From contig JAUMWI010000002.1 in NCBI GenBank assembly GCA_030529725.1, forward strand, positions 13,639 through 77,638: a stretch of DNA of 64,000 bases, written 5' to 3'. Position numbers and translations under genes: made by a program. The notes beneath the pieces are model-generated. The model was not told the origin of the DNA. It searched no databases and worked only from the letters and a program-made list of their open reading frames with translations. This DNA comes from Eubacteriales bacterium (GTDB lineage Bacteria; Bacillota; Clostridia; Oscillospirales; Oscillospiraceae). Below, in pieces: positions 1-8,824 of the stretch. Position 1 is the first letter of the stretch; each line of letters begins with the position of its first letter.

Positions 1-85
1 AAAATAGAATTCTTAAAGAAATGACAGATTATAAATATAATCAATAATATGATCCGCGCAAATTTGTTTACACATAACTGATGAT

Positions 86-103
86 GTGTTATTTTGTTAA
101 CAG
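86..103 (+). promoter_or_regulatory. candidate Rex (redox-sensing repressor) operator upstream of the hydrogenase operon
   Basis: GTGTTATTTTGTTAACAG matches 11 of 14 specified positions of the clostridial Rex consensus TTGTTAA-N4-TTAACAA as I recall it. It lies ~40 nt upstream of the hydC start. Confidence 0.3.
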
Positions 104-140
104 TGTATTTACCTAAAGAAAGAACAGGAGGAAAGCCGTT

Positions 141-635
141 ATGATTTCGGAAAAGGAGATGCTTGCGCGCGTAGGGCAGATCGTGGACAGCTATGACTGC
201 AAGAGAGAAAGCCTGATCGCCATGATGCAGGATATTCAGCATGAGTTCAACTATCTCAGCGCGGGCGCTTTGAAGCTGATCGCCGAAAAACTGGGCATCG
301 GCATCGCCAAGGTCTACAGCGTAGCAACATTTTATGAGAATTTCTCACTGGAAGCAAAGGGCAAGTACATCATTAAGGTCTGCTGTGGCACGGCGTGCCA
401 TGTGCGCAAGTCTCAGCCGATCTACGATGCGCTGCATGAATATCTGGGTCTGACCGGGAAGCAGAAGACCTCTGCCGATCAGCTCTTTACGCTCGAAACG
501 GTCGCGTGCCTCGGCGCCTGCTCCCTCGCACCGGCGATGACCATCAACGACGAGGTACACGCGAAAATGACGCCGGAGAGCGCAATCGCGCTGCTCGAGG
601 ACATCCGCAGAAAGGAGGCGCAGAACAATGGCTGA
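141..635 (+). CDS. hydC: NuoE-like [2Fe-2S] subunit of electron-bifurcating [FeFe]-hydrogenase (HydC/HndA type)
   Basis: 164 aa with a thioredoxin-like ferredoxin Cys pattern (CCGTACH...CLGACSLAP). GGAGG RBS. Its stop overlaps the next gene's start. Confidence 0.85.
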   Translation: MISEKEMLARVGQIVDSYDCKRESLIAMMQDIQHEFNYLSAGALKLIAEKLGIGIAKVYSVATFYENFSLEAKGKYIIKVCCGTACHVRKSQPIYDALHEYLGLTGKQKTSADQLFTLETVACLGACSLAPAMTINDEVHAKMTPESAIALLEDIRRKEAQNNG

Positions 636-2520
636 AGCAAAGCTGGCCCGCGAAAGGCTGGACGCGCTGCGCGCGAAAGCGCAGAAGCTTCTTAATGCGC
701 AGGATCGTCAGGTACTGGTCTGCGCCGGTACGGGCTGCATCGCCAGCGGCTCCATGAAAGTCTATGACTACCTAAAAGCCGAATGCGAAAAGCGCGGCAT
801 CGAGGTCGCGGTCTCGCTCAGGGAAGAGGCGCACGGCGACGGCTTCCACCTCAAAAAGAGCGGCTGCCACGGCTTCTGCGAGATTGGCCCGCTGCTCACC
901 GTCGAGCCGCTCGGCGTTACCTATACGCACGTCCACGTCGAGGACTGCGACGAGATCATTGAGAAAACCATCCTCGGCGGCGAGGTCATCGAGCGCCTAC
1001 TCTATGAGAACGGCGGTCAGCGCTACCAGAAGCGTGACGACATCCCGTTCTACAAAAACCAGGAGCGTCTTGTCCTCAAGAACAGCGGCAAGAGCGACGC
1101 GGAGGATTTGGACGAATACCTTGCCCTCGGCGGCTACGCGGCGTTTGAAAAGGCGCTGTTCGACATGAGCGGCGAGGAGATCTGTAAGACGATCTCCGAT
1201 TCCGGTCTGCGCGGACGCGGCGGCGGCGGTTTCCCCGCCGGACGCAAGTGGGAGAGCGTGCGCAAAAACGTTTCCGACGTCAAGTACATCGTTTGCAACG
1301 GTGACGAGGGCGACCCCGGCGCGTTCATGGATCAGGGCGTTATGGAGGGGAACCCCCACTCCGTTATCGAGGGTATGCTCATCGCGGGCGTCGCCACCGG
1401 TGCGTCGGAAGGCTACATCTATGTCCGCGCTGAGTACCCCCTGGCGGTCGCGCGTCTGCGCACTGCCATGGCAAAGGCGAATGCGCTGGGACTGCTCGGC
1501 GACAACATCCTCAAGACCGGCTTCAGCTTCCATCTGCACATCAACCGCGGCGCGGGCGCGTTCGTCTGCGGTGAGGGCAGCGCGTTGACCGCCTCCATCG
1601 AGGGCAAGCGCGGTATGCCGCGCGTCAAGCCGCCGCGCACGGTCGACCACGGTCTGTGGGCAAAGCCGACGGTGCTCAACAACGTCGAGACTTTCGCCAA
1701 CGTCCCGGGCATCATTATGAACGGGGCTGCATGGTATCGCGGCTTCGGTACGGAAAAATCCCCCGGCACCAAGACCTTCGCGCTCACGGGCAACGTGGTC
1801 AACACCGGCCTCGTCGAAGTCCCGATGGGCACGACGCTGCGCAAGATCATCTTTGATATCGGCGGCGGTATCCGCGACGGCAAGAAGTTCAAGGCCGTGC
1901 AGATCGGCGGCCCCGCGGGCGGCTGCCTCACGGAAGATCACCTCGATATGCCGCTCGACTTTGACTCGCTCAAGAAGGTTGGTGCGATCGTCGGCTCCGG
2001 CGGTCTCGTCGTCATGGACGAGGACACCTGCATGGTCGAAACCGCGCGCTTCTTCATGGACTTCACGCAGAACGAGAGCTGCGGCAAGTGCGTTCCCTGC
2101 CGCGAGGGTACGAAGCGTATGCTGGAGATTCTCGAGCGCATCATCGCCAACGAGGGCACGCTCGAAGACCTCGATATGCTTGAGGAGCTGGCGAAAACCA
2201 TCTCCGAAACGGCGCTGTGCGGCCTCGGTCAGAGCGCGTGCAAGCCGGTACTCTCCACGCTCAAATATTTCCGCAACGAATATCTTGCTCATGTGGTGGA
2301 CAAGCATTGTCCGCACTGCAACGGGCGCAGACGTCATCTGGAGATCAATCCGGAGCTGTGCCGCGGCTGCGGCAAGTGCAAGAGGAACTGTCCGATGGAG
2401 GCAATTTCCGGTGAGATTCGTATGCCGCATACGATCGACACGAGCAAGTGCATCCACTGCGGCGCCTGCTGGGGTGCCTGCCCGTTCGGCGCGATCGACG
2501 CCATTGAAGAGGAGGATTAA
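628..2520 (+). CDS. hydB: NuoF-like NADH-binding flavoprotein subunit of bifurcating hydrogenase (HydB/HndC type)
   Basis: 630 aa with an N-terminal 2Fe-2S domain, GRGGGGFPAGRKW FMN/NADH motif, ESCGKCVPCREG 4Fe-4S motif and a C-terminal 2x[4Fe-4S] ferredoxin domain (CRGCGKCKRNCP, CIHCGACWGACP). Confidence 0.9.
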   Translation: MAEAKLARERLDALRAKAQKLLNAQDRQVLVCAGTGCIASGSMKVYDYLKAECEKRGIEVAVSLREEAHGDGFHLKKSGCHGFCEIGPLLTVEPLGVTYTHVHVEDCDEIIEKTILGGEVIERLLYENGGQRYQKRDDIPFYKNQERLVLKNSGKSDAEDLDEYLALGGYAAFEKALFDMSGEEICKTISDSGLRGRGGGGFPAGRKWESVRKNVSDVKYIVCNGDEGDPGAFMDQGVMEGNPHSVIEGMLIAGVATGASEGYIYVRAEYPLAVARLRTAMAKANALGLLGDNILKTGFSFHLHINRGAGAFVCGEGSALTASIEGKRGMPRVKPPRTVDHGLWAKPTVLNNVETFANVPGIIMNGAAWYRGFGTEKSPGTKTFALTGNVVNTGLVEVPMGTTLRKIIFDIGGGIRDGKKFKAVQIGGPAGGCLTEDHLDMPLDFDSLKKVGAIVGSGGLVVMDEDTCMVETARFFMDFTQNESCGKCVPCREGTKRMLEILERIIANEGTLEDLDMLEELAKTISETALCGLGQSACKPVLSTLKYFRNEYLAHVVDKHCPHCNGRRRHLEINPELCRGCGKCKRNCPMEAISGEIRMPHTIDTSKCIHCGACWGACPFGAIDAIEEED

Positions 2521-2524
2521 CGCT

Positions 2525-4231
2525 ATGGCAAAAGGAACTATGATCATTGACGGCCAGCGCGTCAGCTTCGATGGCGAAAAGAACGTTCTTTCCGTCATTC
2601 GCAAGGCAGGCATTGAAATGCCGACCTTCTGCTACTATTCCGACCTTTCCGTATACGGCGCGTGCCGTATGTGCGTTGTGGAGGATGAGCGCGGCAAGAT
2701 CGACTCGTCCTGCTCCATGGAGCCGCGCGACGGCATGGTTATCAAGACCAACAGCAAGCGGCTGCTGAAGCATCGCCGTATGATCCTCGAGCTGCTGCTT
2801 GCATCTCACAACTGCAACTGCACGACCTGTGAGAAGAGCGGCGCGTGTCACCTGCAATCTCTTGCGCAGCAGTTCGGTGTACGCCGCATCCGTTTTGGCG
2901 ATACGCGCGAACACTACGAGATGGATACTTCGTCCCCTGCTATTGTGCGCGATCCGAACAAGTGCATTCTGTGCGGTGACTGCGTGCGCGTGTGCGAAGA
3001 AATGCAGGGCATGAACATCATTGACTTTGCCCATCGCGGCTCGAATCTGCAGGTCATGCCTGCTTTTGACCGTAAGCTTGCGGAAACCAACTGTGTTTCC
3101 TGCGGTCAGTGCGCCGCCGTCTGCCAGACCGGCGCCATTACCGTTAAAAACCAGATCGGTGATGCATGGCGCGCCATTCATGATCCGAAAAAGCGCGTTG
3201 TGGTGCAGATCGCACCTGCTGTCCGCGTGGCGGTCGGTGAAGCGTTTGGCATTCCTGCGGGGCAGAATGTGCTTGATAAGCTCGTTACCGCGCTTAAGCT
3301 CATGGGCGTGGACGAGGTGTACGATACCACCTTCAGCGCGGACATGACGACGATCGAGGAGTCGGCGGAGTTTATTGCACGTCTTGGGGCCGGCGGACCG
3401 TTCCCGATGTTCACCTCCTGCTGCCCGGCGTGGGTGAAGTATCTGGAAAAAGAGAATCCCAAATACCTCAATCATATTTCCACCTGCAAGTCTCCCATGG
3501 AGATGTTTGCCGCGGTCATTCGTGAAAAGTACGGGGAGAAAGACAAGATTGACGGTCGGGAAACCTTTAATATTGCCATCATGCCCTGCACGGCGAAGAA
3601 GATGGAAGCGGCGCGCGAAGAGTTCCGCCGCAACGGTCGTCCGGATGTTGATCTGGTACTTACCACACGGGAAGTGATCGACATGATGAAGGAGACGGGC
3701 ATTCAGCTCGACTCGCTGGAACTGGAGTCTCCCGACCTTCCGTTTGGACTTGGCTCCGGTGCGGCGGTCATTTACGGCGAGACTGGCGGTGTTGCCGAAG
3801 CCGTTGTGCGCCACTGTATTCCGGATAAGAGCAAGAACGCTCTGCGCGAGATCGAGTTCCTCGGTCTGCGCGGTGACGCTCCGATCAAGGAGGCGACGAT
3901 TCATGTCGGCGAAACGGAGCTTAAGATCGCGGTTGTCAACGGACTTGTCAACGCAAGAAAGCTTCTTAAGGAGATCGACGAGGGAAAGAAGTTCTACCAC
4001 CTCATCGAGGTCATGACCTGCCAGGGCGGCTGCGTCGGAGGAGCCGGACAGCCCCACGGTCTCAAGATGACGAAACTTGAGCGCGGTGAAGGACTGCAGA
4101 ATTTGGATCATTCCGCTATGTTCAAGCGTGCTGAGCGAAACCCGGTGGTCGTGCGCATGCTTGACGAAATGGGCGAGGAGAGAGTCCACGAGCTGCTTCA
4201 CGTCCATTACGGAAAGAACGAAACGAACTAA
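2525..4231 (+). CDS. hydA: [FeFe]-hydrogenase catalytic subunit (group A3, HydA)
   Basis: Start MAKGTMIIDG follows a GAGGAGG RBS. H-cluster motifs are present: FTSCCPAWV, MPCTAKKME, EVMTCQGGCVGG. N-terminal 2Fe-2S and 4Fe-4S domains. The track ORF 1853..4231 is over-extended 5'. Confidence 0.92.
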   Translation: MAKGTMIIDGQRVSFDGEKNVLSVIRKAGIEMPTFCYYSDLSVYGACRMCVVEDERGKIDSSCSMEPRDGMVIKTNSKRLLKHRRMILELLLASHNCNCTTCEKSGACHLQSLAQQFGVRRIRFGDTREHYEMDTSSPAIVRDPNKCILCGDCVRVCEEMQGMNIIDFAHRGSNLQVMPAFDRKLAETNCVSCGQCAAVCQTGAITVKNQIGDAWRAIHDPKKRVVVQIAPAVRVAVGEAFGIPAGQNVLDKLVTALKLMGVDEVYDTTFSADMTTIEESAEFIARLGAGGPFPMFTSCCPAWVKYLEKENPKYLNHISTCKSPMEMFAAVIREKYGEKDKIDGRETFNIAIMPCTAKKMEAAREEFRRNGRPDVDLVLTTREVIDMMKETGIQLDSLELESPDLPFGLGSGAAVIYGETGGVAEAVVRHCIPDKSKNALREIEFLGLRGDAPIKEATIHVGETELKIAVVNGLVNARKLLKEIDEGKKFYHLIEVMTCQGGCVGGAGQPHGLKMTKLERGEGLQNLDHSAMFKRAERNPVVVRMLDEMGEERVHELLHVHYGKNETN

Positions 4232-4244
4232 ACCGAGCGATAAT

Positions 4245-4282
4245 AAAGCAAGGCTGCCCTGCGGGGCAGCCTTGCTTTGCTT
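4245..4282 (+). terminator. intrinsic terminator after hydA
   Basis: 15-bp stem AAAGCAAGGCTGCCC / GGGCAGCCTTGCTTT followed by a T-rich tail. Confidence 0.7.
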
Positions 4283-4297
4283 TGCGTATTCAGACGA

Positions 4298-5182
4298 TCA
4301 GAGACTCTGCAATAGCTCCTGCGTGAAGCGCTCGGCCGCGGCGCTGAGCGGTACATGGGAGAGCGTGCACAGATCCACCGTGCGCGGCGGAATGGAGAAG
4401 CTTGTTTTCAGCTCACGGACCGTTCCGGCGGCAAGCTCCCTGCCGACAAACTCCCTCGTCACCGCAGCGACCCCCATTCCGATGCGTGCCAGGTCAACCA
4501 ACAGACTGTGCGCGCCGGATTCCAGCTCCGGCTTGATTGCCGTGCCGTCCTTAAGGAAGAACTTTTCCAGATGGATACGTGAGGATGCCTTGCGGTCAAG
4601 CAGAATCAGCGGAAACGCTGCAATCTCGGCAGGGGAGTATACGTGCGCAAAGTCACAAGGGTAGTCCGCTGCGGCAACAAAGGCGGTGTGCGTCTCCATG
4701 CAGGGGACATGGCACAGAGTTTCACTGTCCTCCGGCGTACTGGCAAGTGCAACATCGACCTTGCCTGAGCGCAGAAGTCCCAACGCCTTGCCGCTTCGAC
4801 CGCTGATGATCTGAAGATGAATGTTCGGATAACGGCGGTGAAACGCTTCCAGGTGCGGCAGCAGAAGATGCCGCGTAACCGTGTCGCTTGCGCCGATGAC
4901 AAGATTACCCATCTGAAGCGCCTGTGTTTGCGCCAGCTTGTCCTCACCGGTTTCCAAAAGCCCCATAGCACTGCGAACATAGTCAAACAGCAGACGCCCG
5001 TCCTCCGTCAGCGAAACGCCGCGCGGCGTGCGGGAAAAAAGTCTTGTATGCAGACCGTCCTCCAGTTGACGGATCGACTGACTCACCGCAGACTGGGAAA
5101 TATAGAGATTCTGCGCTGCTTTGGAGAAATTCCCTGTCTCGGCGACCTCACGAAAAATGCGGTATAGTTCCAATTTTATCAC
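4298..5182 (-). CDS. LysR-family transcriptional regulator
   Basis: N-terminal wHTH (FSKAAQNLYISQSAVSQSIRQLE) plus a substrate-binding domain. I prefer the GTG start at 5182 (AAGGGG RBS, protein begins IKLELYRIF). The ATG at 5203 has no SD but is possible. Confidence 0.85.
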   Translation of the reverse strand: MIKLELYRIFREVAETGNFSKAAQNLYISQSAVSQSIRQLEDGLHTRLFSRTPRGVSLTEDGRLLFDYVRSAMGLLETGEDKLAQTQALQMGNLVIGASDTVTRHLLLPHLEAFHRRYPNIHLQIISGRSGKALGLLRSGKVDVALASTPEDSETLCHVPCMETHTAFVAAADYPCDFAHVYSPAEIAAFPLILLDRKASSRIHLEKFFLKDGTAIKPELESGAHSLLVDLARIGMGVAAVTREFVGRELAAGTVRELKTSFSIPPRTVDLCTLSHVPLSAAAERFTQELLQSL

Positions 5183-5333
5183 GGATATCACCCCTTTTGT
5201 CATTAGTTTGGCTTATGACAATCATTAAAACTTAATTCTTTACTTATGACTATGTGATTATTATAATGGGAACGCTGAAAAAAACAAGCCCGTTTTTAAA
5301 AACGGCAGATTGATCAGGCAAAGGAGAATCGGA

Positions 5334-6527
5334 ATGAGAACGATTGGTACTACTGTGCGCGGCGTGCGCGCACCCGTCGTCCGTGAGGGCGACAATATTG
5401 CTGCGCTTGCCGCAGAAGCTGTGATGGAAGCGTGGCGCGAAGCCGGCATTACCCCCTGTGACCGTGACATTGCCGCGGTGACAGAGTCTGTTGTTGCCAG
5501 AGCGCAGGGCAACTATGCAGCGGTCGGTCAGATCGCCGAGGATGTGCGTGTAAAAACCGGCGGCGGCACGGTCGGCGTGGCGTTCCCAATCCTCAGCCGC
5601 AACCGCTTCTCCCTGCTGCTGCGCGGCATGGCGATGGGGTGTAGGAAGATCGTTCTGCTGCTTTCCTACCCCTCTGATGAGGTCGGAAACCACCTTGTTG
5701 ACTGGGACCTTCTCGATGAAAAGGGTATCAACCCCTATAGCGATGTGCTGACGCTCGAGCAGTTCCGTACAAACTTCGGACACATTCTGCACCCCTTTAC
5801 CGGCGTGGATTATATTGATTTTTACTCGGACATCATCACTTCTGCCGGTGCCGAGGTCGAAGTGATCTTCGGCAACCGCGTTACGACACTTCTCGACTAC
5901 ACCGATGCCGTCATCACCTGCGATATCCACACCCGCGAGCGCAGCAAGCGTTTGCTCAGAGCTGCCGGAGCGCGTGTTGTACTTGGTCTGGACGATCTGC
6001 TGACCGCCCCTGTTGACGGCAGCGGCTACAATGCCGAGTACGGTCTGCTTGGCTCCAACAAAGCAACGGAGGACAGAATCAAGCTGTTCCCACGTGACTG
6101 CACAGAGGTTGCCGAGGAGCTCAGCGAACGTCTGAGTAAGGCATCCGGCAAGCGGATCGAAGCCATGGTCTACGGTGACGGTGCTTTTAAGGATCCTGTG
6201 GGAAAGATCTGGGAGCTGGCGGACCCTGTCGTTTCTCCCGGCTACACCGGGGGACTTGTCGGTACGCCGAACGAACTCAAGCTCAAATACCTTGCAGACA
6301 ATGATTTTGGTGACCTCACCGGAGAGGCACTCAAGGCTGCGATCGAGGAGCGCATCCGCGCGAAGGGCAGCGAAAGCCTCGTGGGCAATATGGTTTCCGA
6401 GGGGACCACGCCGCGCCGGCTGACCGACCTGATCGGCTCTTTGTGCGACCTGACCTCCGGCTCCGGCGACAAGGGCACGCCGATTGTTTATATCCAGGGG
6501 TACTTCGACAACTATACCAGCAAATAA
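5334..6527 (+). CDS. CofE-like (F420-0:gamma-glutamyl ligase fold) protein of unknown function
   Basis: 397 aa. Start MRTIGTTVRGVRAPVVREGDN resembles the CofE N-terminus. Later GSNKA and GDGAFKDPVG / GSGDKGTPIVYIQG segments align with CofE core motifs from memory. AAGGAG RBS sits 7 nt upstream. Confidence 0.5.
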   Translation: MRTIGTTVRGVRAPVVREGDNIAALAAEAVMEAWREAGITPCDRDIAAVTESVVARAQGNYAAVGQIAEDVRVKTGGGTVGVAFPILSRNRFSLLLRGMAMGCRKIVLLLSYPSDEVGNHLVDWDLLDEKGINPYSDVLTLEQFRTNFGHILHPFTGVDYIDFYSDIITSAGAEVEVIFGNRVTTLLDYTDAVITCDIHTRERSKRLLRAAGARVVLGLDDLLTAPVDGSGYNAEYGLLGSNKATEDRIKLFPRDCTEVAEELSERLSKASGKRIEAMVYGDGAFKDPVGKIWELADPVVSPGYTGGLVGTPNELKLKYLADNDFGDLTGEALKAAIEERIRAKGSESLVGNMVSEGTTPRRLTDLIGSLCDLTSGSGDKGTPIVYIQGYFDNYTSK

Positions 6528-6566
6528 AAACGAAGAGGACTGCCGAGTGGCAGTCCTCTTTTTGTG
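6526..6566. terminator. bidirectional intrinsic terminator (cofE-like / tex convergent)
   Basis: Stem AAGAGGACTGCC / GGCAGTCCTCTT flanked by an A-run and a T-run. Confidence 0.75.
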
Positions 6567-6578
6567 TAAGGTATTATG

Positions 6579-8738
6579 TCAGTCTTTCGGCAAGTCGCGC
6601 ATGGAGAGCGAAATGCGGTGCTTCTTCTCGTCGACCTCAAGGACAATGACCTTGACAATGTCACCAACGGCAACGACCTCACTCGGGTGCTTGATGAATC
6701 TGTCGCAGACCCTGGAGATATGGACAAGACCGTCCTGATGCACGCCGATATCCACAAACACGCCGAAGTCAATGACATTGCGCACGGTGCCGGTAAGCAC
6801 CATGCCAGGCTTCAAGTCCTTGATGTCCAGCACGTCCGTGCGGAGAATGGGAGCGGGCAGCTCATCGCGCGGATCGCGGCCGGGCTTCATCAGCTCTTTG
6901 ACAATATCGCGAAGCGTTGGGACGCCCACGCCGCACGTCTCAGCGGCCTTTTGTGCGCCGTAGGTGTCGAGCTTTGTGCCGAGGTCGGTCAGCGCACCGC
7001 CCTTAAGCACCTTTTTGTCGTAACCGAGTAATTCGAGCAGCTTTTCCGCCGCGTCATAGCTCTCGGGGTGGACGCCGGTGTTGTCGAGCACGTTTTTGCT
7101 CTCCGGCACACGCAGGAAGCCGGCGCACTGCTCAAACGCCTTGGGGCCGAGCTTTGCGACCTTGAGGAGCTGATGCCTTGTGGTGAACACACCGTTCTCC
7201 TCGCGGAAGGCGACAATATTTTTGGCGATCGTGCCATTGAGACCGGACACGCGCGTGAGAAGCGGCGCACTTGCGGTGTTGAGGTCAACGCCCACGGCGT
7301 TCACGCAATCCTCGACCACACCGTTAAGGCTTTCATCCAGCCGCTTTTGCGGCATATCATGCTGATACTGTCCCACACCGATCGCCTTGGGGTCGATCTT
7401 GACCAGCTCGGCAAGCGGATCCTGCAGACGGCGCGCAATCGACACAGCGGAGCGGAGGTTGACGTCATACTGCGGAAATTCTTCGGCGGCGAGCTTGCTG
7501 GCGGAGTAGACGGACGCGCCTGCTTCGCTGACGATCATATAGGAAACGCCGCCGCCGACCTCACGGATCAGCTCAACGGTCATCTGCTCGGTTTCGCGTG
7601 AGGCGGTGCCGTTGCCGATGGCAATGTGTGCAACGTTGTGGCGGCGGACCAGCCTGGCGAGATTCGTGATGGCTTCACGCTTCTGCTTTTCCCCGAAGGT
7701 TGGGTAGACGACCGTGGTGTCGAGCACCTTGCCCGTGCCGTCCACCACGGCGACCTTGCAGCCGTGGGAGTAGCCGGGGTCAAGTCCCATCGTGACGTGT
7801 CCCTTGACGGGCGGCTGCATCAAAAGCGGCTTCAGGTTAAGTGCAAACATCTTGATCGCACCTTCGGACGCACTTTCCGTGAGTGTGCCGCGGATCTCGT
7901 TGATGAGCGATGGCATCAAAAGGCGCGTCCAGGCATCGTCCGCCGCGGCACGCACGAAGTCCATCGCCGCGCTGCCGGGCCTGAGCACGGCGCGGCGCAG
8001 GGCGGGCAGCGATACAGCATCGTCAAGCTCGACGCGAACCTTGAGGAAATCTTCCTTCTCACCGCGGTTGATGGCAAGGATCTGATGTCCCTGCAGCTTG
8101 TTGAGTGCACCGCGGAACTCGTAGTAAAGGCGATAAACGCTGTCATCCTCCGTGGCGGCCTCGGTCACAAGCAAGCCGTGGCGCAGCATCAGCGTGCGCA
8201 TTTCCTTACGAATCGCGGCGTCATCGGAAATTTGCTCAGCAATAATATCGTTTGCGCCGGCGAGTGCGTCCTCGATCGTTTCGACCCCTTTTTCAGGGTT
8301 GATGTAATCCTGCGCGGCAATCTCCGGAGAAGGGCAGTCGCGTCCCTGCGCGAAAAGGAGCGCGGCGAGAGGTTCCAGTCCCTTTTCCTTTGCGATTGTG
8401 GCGCGGGTGCGGCGCTTGGGCTTGTAGGGGCGATAGAGATCCTCAACCTCGGCAAGCGTTTTGGCATTGTCGATGGCGGCTGCAAGCTCCGTAGTGAGCT
8501 TGCCCTGCTCTTCGATCGAGCCTTTCACCGTGTCGCGGCGCTCCTGCAGGTTGCGCAGATACGCAAGGCGCTCCTCCAGCGTGCGCAGGGCGGTGTCATC
8601 CATCGAACCATGCGCCTCCTTGCGGTAGCGTGCGATGAACGGAATCGTATTGCCTTCATCGAGCAGCGCAATGACATTTTCAATATGCTCCGGCTTGCGG
8701 TCTAACTCACGGGCGAGAATCTGAACAATGGTTTCCAT
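6579..8738 (-). CDS. tex: Tex-like transcription accessory protein (YqgF/HHH/S1 domains)
   Basis: 719 aa. N-terminus METIVQILARELDRKPEHIENVIALLDEGNTIPFIARYRKE. C-terminal S1 domain (GTVRNVIDFGVFVDIG). Confidence 0.92.
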   Translation of the reverse strand: METIVQILARELDRKPEHIENVIALLDEGNTIPFIARYRKEAHGSMDDTALRTLEERLAYLRNLQERRDTVKGSIEEQGKLTTELAAAIDNAKTLAEVEDLYRPYKPKRRTRATIAKEKGLEPLAALLFAQGRDCPSPEIAAQDYINPEKGVETIEDALAGANDIIAEQISDDAAIRKEMRTLMLRHGLLVTEAATEDDSVYRLYYEFRGALNKLQGHQILAINRGEKEDFLKVRVELDDAVSLPALRRAVLRPGSAAMDFVRAAADDAWTRLLMPSLINEIRGTLTESASEGAIKMFALNLKPLLMQPPVKGHVTMGLDPGYSHGCKVAVVDGTGKVLDTTVVYPTFGEKQKREAITNLARLVRRHNVAHIAIGNGTASRETEQMTVELIREVGGGVSYMIVSEAGASVYSASKLAAEEFPQYDVNLRSAVSIARRLQDPLAELVKIDPKAIGVGQYQHDMPQKRLDESLNGVVEDCVNAVGVDLNTASAPLLTRVSGLNGTIAKNIVAFREENGVFTTRHQLLKVAKLGPKAFEQCAGFLRVPESKNVLDNTGVHPESYDAAEKLLELLGYDKKVLKGGALTDLGTKLDTYGAQKAAETCGVGVPTLRDIVKELMKPGRDPRDELPAPILRTDVLDIKDLKPGMVLTGTVRNVIDFGVFVDIGVHQDGLVHISRVCDRFIKHPSEVVAVGDIVKVIVLEVDEKKHRISLSMRDLPKD

Positions 8739-8753
8739 AAAAGCTCCTTTCCT

Positions 8754-8787
8754 GAAAAAATGCGCAGAGAACTGCTCCTCTGCGCAT
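8754..8787 (-). terminator. intrinsic terminator after the DUF1846 gene
   Basis: Stem ATGCGCAGAG / CTCTGCGCAT with a T-run on the minus strand. Confidence 0.65.
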
Positions 8788-8824
8788 TTTTGTTTGCTTT
8801 TTCGTTACGACAAAGGGGGCTGCG

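Noticed and set aside
997-4207. Long minus-strand ORFs (997..2613, 538 aa; 2345..4207, 620 aa) antisense to hydB/hydA
   Set aside because: They are Ala/Arg/Leu/His-rich translations typical of the reverse frame of high-GC genes. They have no RBS and no recognisable motifs. The plus-strand genes carry unambiguous hydrogenase signatures.
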